Made by a program: the position numbers and the translations under genes. Source: an uncultured delta proteobacterium (GTDB lineage Bacteria > Desulfobacterota > Desulfomonilia > Desulfomonilales > Desulfomonilaceae). From it: 64,000 bases of DNA. The notes beneath the pieces were generated by a model. That model was not told the DNA's origin. It made no database searches and saw nothing but the letters and a program-made list of their open reading frames with translations. The stretch covers positions 736,001 to 800,000 of the forward strand of contig CAWBKB010000001.1 of assembly GCA_963789265.1 (NCBI GenBank), given 5' to 3'. Shown one piece after another: positions 60,159-64,000 of the stretch; the stretch's first letter is position 1; the number at the start of each line of letters is the position of its first letter.

Positions 60159-62099
60159 ATGGAAGCACCAATAATTACTAGTGAAAATTCAATCCTTGCT
60201 CGGATAAACTCGCCGGATGACGTCAAAGCTCTCTCTGCGGAGAGCTTGAAAGTGTTGTCCGTCGAGGTTCGTGAACTCATTATCCGAACAGTCTCTCAAC
60301 GGGGAGGACATTTGGCCTCCAGCCTGGGAGTCGTCGAACTTACCCTCGCGATACTCAAAGTCTTTTCTCCGCCAAAAGACCGGATAGTATTCGATGTCGG
60401 CCACCAAGCTTACGCATACAAGATCCTCACCGGACGCCGTGACGCCTTTCATACCCTGCGAACCAGAGGCGGCATCTCGGGTTTCCCCAGAAGGGATGAG
60501 AGCGACTACGATTTTTTCGACGTAGGGCATGCCGGGAACGCCATCAGCGTTGCCGCAGGGCTGGCCCAGGCGCGCTGCTTCAGCGGACATGAACACAAGG
60601 TAATCGCTGTGGTCGGCGACGGATCTTTGACCTGCGGCGTCTCGTATGAGGGCTTAAATCAGGCAGGGGCTGCCAAGAAAGACCTGATCATAGTCCTAAA
60701 CGACAATGAAATGTCCATCTCTCACAATGTCGGGGCGATGGCCGCATATCTGAACCGTATCATGACCGGCCAAATTGTGACTCGTTTTCGGGACGAGGTT
60801 AAGAATATCCTGAAGAATATCCCTGGGGTTGGGCCGTCCATGTATTCCGTTGCCAAGCAGTTCGAAGATGCGCTGAAGAATTTCATCACACCCGGGCGAC
60901 TTTTCGAGGAACTCGGCTTCATGTACGTGGGCCCCATCGATGGGCACCAAATAAAGCATCTGACAGACACATTTGCGAATGTGCAACGATTTCATGAGCC
61001 TGTGCTAATTCACACGATCACTTGCAAGGGGAAGGGATATTGCCACGCAGAGGAGGATCCGAGCAGATTCCACGGCGTGGGACCATTTGAAATCCGAACG
61101 GGTAGGGTGGCTGAATCCGAAGGTCCCCCGACTTATACATCCGTTTTCGGCAAGACAATGGTAAAGTTGGCGGCCAAGGACCCCAGGATCGTAGCCGTAA
61201 CAGCGGCCATGGAATACGGGACGGGCCTGGCTGAATTCGCCCGCCTCTACCCGAAGCGTTTCTTCGACGTGGGAATAGCCGAGCAACATGGGATCGTTTT
61301 CGCAGCGGGCCTGGCGAAAGAAGGTTACCGTCCGGTGGTAGCCATATATTCCACTTTCATTCAGAGGGGCTACGATCACCTCATACACGACTTGTGCATG
61401 CAGAAGTTTCCGGTGGTTCTCGCCTTGGATCGCGCCGGGTTGGTAGGTGAGGATGGCCCCACGCATCATGGGGTGTTCGACATGGCCTTTACGCGATGCA
61501 TCCCAAATCTAGTGGTCATGGCGCCGGGAGACGAGGACGAGCTTGCCGACATGCTTGCCACCGCTCTGGATTCGGGCGTTCCCTGCGCGATTCGTTACCC
61601 CCGTGCCAACGGGCTGGGAGTCGCACTGAAAAAGGATCCGGTCATCCTGCCTATTGGTAGAGCCCGGATGGTCTCCGAGGGCGAGGACGTCCTGATTATT
61701 TCCGTAGGCTCTATGGTGGGAGAGGCCATTGAAGCGTCCCGCATCCTCAAAGGGGAAGGTATCGCCGCGGGCGTCTTGAACCCTCGCTTTCTTAAGCCCC
61801 TCGATGAGGACATGATTACCTCGAAAGCCGCCTCTGTCGGGAAGGTCCTGATAGTGGAGGAGGGGGTCCTGCAAGGTGGATTTGGCAGTGCCGTGTTAGA
61901 GCTGTTTTCAGATCAGAGGCTAGCAAATGTGAAGACCGCCCGGTTGGGCATCGCCGATAGATTTGTAGAGCATGGAACAAGATCGGAACTATTGGCGGAT
62001 TTTGGTTTAACAGCAGAAGGCATTGCGGATCGTGCTCGCTCAATTCTCAACGGTCGACTGCAAGCAAACGTGAGACGCATTTCATACAATAGACAATAG
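60159..62099 (+). CDS. dxs: 1-deoxy-D-xylulose-5-phosphate synthase
   Basis: GGHLASSLG, DVGHQ, GDG..NDNEM, DVGIAEQH, DGPTHHG. Confidence 0.97.
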   Translation: MEAPIITSENSILARINSPDDVKALSAESLKVLSVEVRELIIRTVSQRGGHLASSLGVVELTLAILKVFSPPKDRIVFDVGHQAYAYKILTGRRDAFHTLRTRGGISGFPRRDESDYDFFDVGHAGNAISVAAGLAQARCFSGHEHKVIAVVGDGSLTCGVSYEGLNQAGAAKKDLIIVLNDNEMSISHNVGAMAAYLNRIMTGQIVTRFRDEVKNILKNIPGVGPSMYSVAKQFEDALKNFITPGRLFEELGFMYVGPIDGHQIKHLTDTFANVQRFHEPVLIHTITCKGKGYCHAEEDPSRFHGVGPFEIRTGRVAESEGPPTYTSVFGKTMVKLAAKDPRIVAVTAAMEYGTGLAEFARLYPKRFFDVGIAEQHGIVFAAGLAKEGYRPVVAIYSTFIQRGYDHLIHDLCMQKFPVVLALDRAGLVGEDGPTHHGVFDMAFTRCIPNLVVMAPGDEDELADMLATALDSGVPCAIRYPRANGLGVALKKDPVILPIGRARMVSEGEDVLIISVGSMVGEAIEASRILKGEGIAAGVLNPRFLKPLDEDMITSKAASVGKVLIVEEGVLQGGFGSAVLELFSDQRLANVKTARLGIADRFVEHGTRSELLADFGLTAEGIADRARSILNGRLQANVRRISYNRQ

Positions 62100-62110
62100 C
62101 ATTCGCGCAA

Positions 62111-62338
62111 CTACCGGTTCCCGACGACCGATCGCAACCTATCCTTCAGATCCAGAAAAGAATCCATCATCAAGTTATGAATCAATACCAGCCTATTATG
62201 CCTGGACCCTGCTTTTCTAAGCATTTCGTCAATTTCGTGCTGAAGCGGCCTGAGTTCAGGGTGCTTGTTCAGGAAACTATCCCTTCGCTTGAGAGCTTTT
62301 GCAGACCGGCTTGACTCAATTCTTATCACTTTGCCCAT
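62111..62338 (-). CDS. Small hypothetical protein
   Basis: 75-aa helical ORF (FL..HPELR.LQ.EID..L.KAG). Confidence 0.55.
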   Translation of the reverse strand: MGKVIRIESSRSAKALKRRDSFLNKHPELRPLQHEIDEMLRKAGSRHNRLVLIHNLMMDSFLDLKDRLRSVVGNR

Positions 62339-62426
62339 ACTGCACCACCCCATGTATCAATTAGCTTACATTAGTATATAGCCTCCCATGACCTCGGTCC
62401 AGAATCGGTGGGACAGACTGTACGAC

Positions 62427-62628
62427 ACTGTCTCAAAACCCTTGAACACGACGAAATCGTACCACGAATGCCCCTTTTCCCCGGCAATGTATTACCGGGC
62501 TACTGTCCCCGGTCCCTGCGGGGCGCCAGCACTTGAGCCCCATTGGGGCGATTGAGAGTAGCCCGGCACTTTAGTGCCGGGCTGCCATCGTGCCACGATT
62601 CCGAGCATCAAAATAGTTTTGAGACAGT
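62427..62628. mobile_element. MITE family C enclosing a REP pair
   Basis: 13-bp TIR ACTGTCTCAAAAC/GTTTTGAGACAGT; interior related to the 9758-9955 REPs. Confidence 0.65.
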
Positions 62629-62664
62629 TTCATACTGAGATTCACTCTTGAATCTTCCTTCAGG

Positions 62665-64000
62665 CTAGCCTTCGGCCGAAGTATCAGAAGGAGGTTGGTC
62701 TATCTCATATTCTTTGAGCTTGTGTTGTAGCGTCCGACGGGTTATGCCCAGGACACGAGCGGAATGGGTCCGATTGCCGTCGTTGTCTTCGAGGGTTTTA
62801 ATTATTAGCTCGCGCTCCATTTCACGTATGGTCATGCCCGGTCGTATACCTTCGAGCATCCCCTTGGAGAGGGGATCACCAGTAGCTTCCCGGATCGATT
62901 CCGGAAGTTCGGAAAACGGAACATAATCGTCCCGCGTGAGAATAACTGCCCGCTCCACTACGTTTTCCAGCTCCCGAATGTTCCCGGGCCACGAATAGCG
63001 CATGAGCGCATCCAATGCTCGAGGGTGGAACCCTTGAAGATTACGCCCATTTTTTTCGTTGTAGATTTTTAGAAAATGCTCGATGAGCAGAGGAATGTCT
63101 TCTTTTCTTTCCCTTAAACCGGGCAAGAGGATGGGGACAACATTGAGCCTGTAAAAGAGGTCCTCGCGAAACGTTCCCTTCTTCACCTCATCTTTGAGTA
63201 CTCTGTTGGATGCAGTGATTATCCGAATGTCCACCTTCACGGTGCGGGTGGAGCCCAACGGCTCAAACTCTCTTTCCTGGAGGACACGGAGCAGCTTGGA
63301 CTGCGTAGCCAAACTCATTTCGCCGATCTCGTCCAGGAATATGCTGCCGCCGTCAGCAAGTTCGAAACGACCAGGCCGCCGGCCGACAGCGCCGGTGAAG
63401 GCCCCTTTTTCATGCCCGAAAAGCTCGCTCTCTAACAGGGTCTCAGGAAGAGCAGCACAATTGACCTTGATGAATCGCTTTTCCGTCCTGGTCGAACCCT
63501 GGTGCAGAGCATTGGCAATCAACTCCTTGCCTGTTCCGGATTCGCCGAGGATCAGCACCGAAGCTTCCGTAGGAGCCACCATTGCAACCGTTTCCAGGAC
63601 TTCCTTCATCTTCACCGAGCGCCCCACGATGCGCGACGCATCGAAGAGGTTCTCTATCCGCCTTCGTTGAAGAAGGTTGTCTTCTTTAAGCCTCCAGAAC
63701 TCCAGCGATTGTTGGACTTTTATCTTAAGCTCCTCAATGTCCAGAGGCTTCGTGAGGTAATCGTGGGCTCCGGCTTGCAGAGCTTCGACCGCAGTCTCAA
63801 CAGACGCATAAGCCGTTATGATGATCACCGGGATTCCCGGAGATATTTGTTTTATTTGTTTGAGCGCTTCAATGCCATCCATATTGGACATTCTGTTATC
63901 CATAAGGATCAAATCGAAGAACTCATTGGAGACTTTGGAGATGGCATCACTGCCGTCGTCCGCCTCAAAGACCCGATATCCCTCCAGTGAGAGGTTTGCC
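62665..64000 (-). CDS. Sigma54-dependent response regulator (NtrC/ZraR family), 5'-truncated by window edge
   Basis: REC, GESGTGKE, GAFTGA, FLDEIGE, WPGNIREL, C-terminal HTH. Confidence 0.96.
   Translation of the reverse strand, partial: ANLSLEGYRVFEADDGSDAISKVSNEFFDLILMDNRMSNMDGIEALKQIKQISPGIPVIIITAYASVETAVEALQAGAHDYLTKPLDIEELKIKVQQSLEFWRLKEDNLLQRRRIENLFDASRIVGRSVKMKEVLETVAMVAPTEASVLILGESGTGKELIANALHQGSTRTEKRFIKVNCAALPETLLESELFGHEKGAFTGAVGRRPGRFELADGGSIFLDEIGEMSLATQSKLLRVLQEREFEPLGSTRTVKVDIRIITASNRVLKDEVKKGTFREDLFYRLNVVPILLPGLRERKEDIPLLIEHFLKIYNEKNGRNLQGFHPRALDALMRYSWPGNIRELENVVERAVILTRDDYVPFSELPESIREATGDPLSKGMLEGIRPGMTIREMERELIIKTLEDNDGNRTHSARVLGITRRTLQHKLKEYEIDQPPSDTSAEG

Overview
Bacterial chromosomal window, most likely Desulfobacterota and Desulfomonile-like (inferred from gene order and protein style). 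Housekeeping blocks are argG-argH-lipoprotein-lysA-dapA-dapB-FAH-folK, pgsA, metG, metX-metW, yceD-rpmF-fabD-fabG-acpP-fabF-rpiB-glyA and xseB-ispA-dxs. Accessory DNA lies between them. (1) tRNA-Ser(UGA) has a 73-bp 3' duplication bracketing an integrase-less 1.8-kb islet (TIGR04255-like, HicB-like, HicA-like genes), with a DUF6602-like nuclease gene beyond it. (2) A secreted TPR-CHAT (caspase-like) protease has near-identical 120-bp repeats with hypervariable positions. (3) A complete 3716-bp IS1595-family element has perfect 24-bp TIRs and an 8-bp TSD, and carries a DNA methyltransferase/Mrr-like fusion and an orphan ORF with a structured leader. (4) A candidate anti-Shine-Dalgarno sRNA lies at about 47.7 kb. 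(5) Many MITE and REP-like palindromes are present, including one MITE shell whose five copies carry different internal REP cassettes. About a dozen single-base frameshifts, including in folK and ispA, are probably consensus errors. Family assignments come from motif recognition only; no searches were run.
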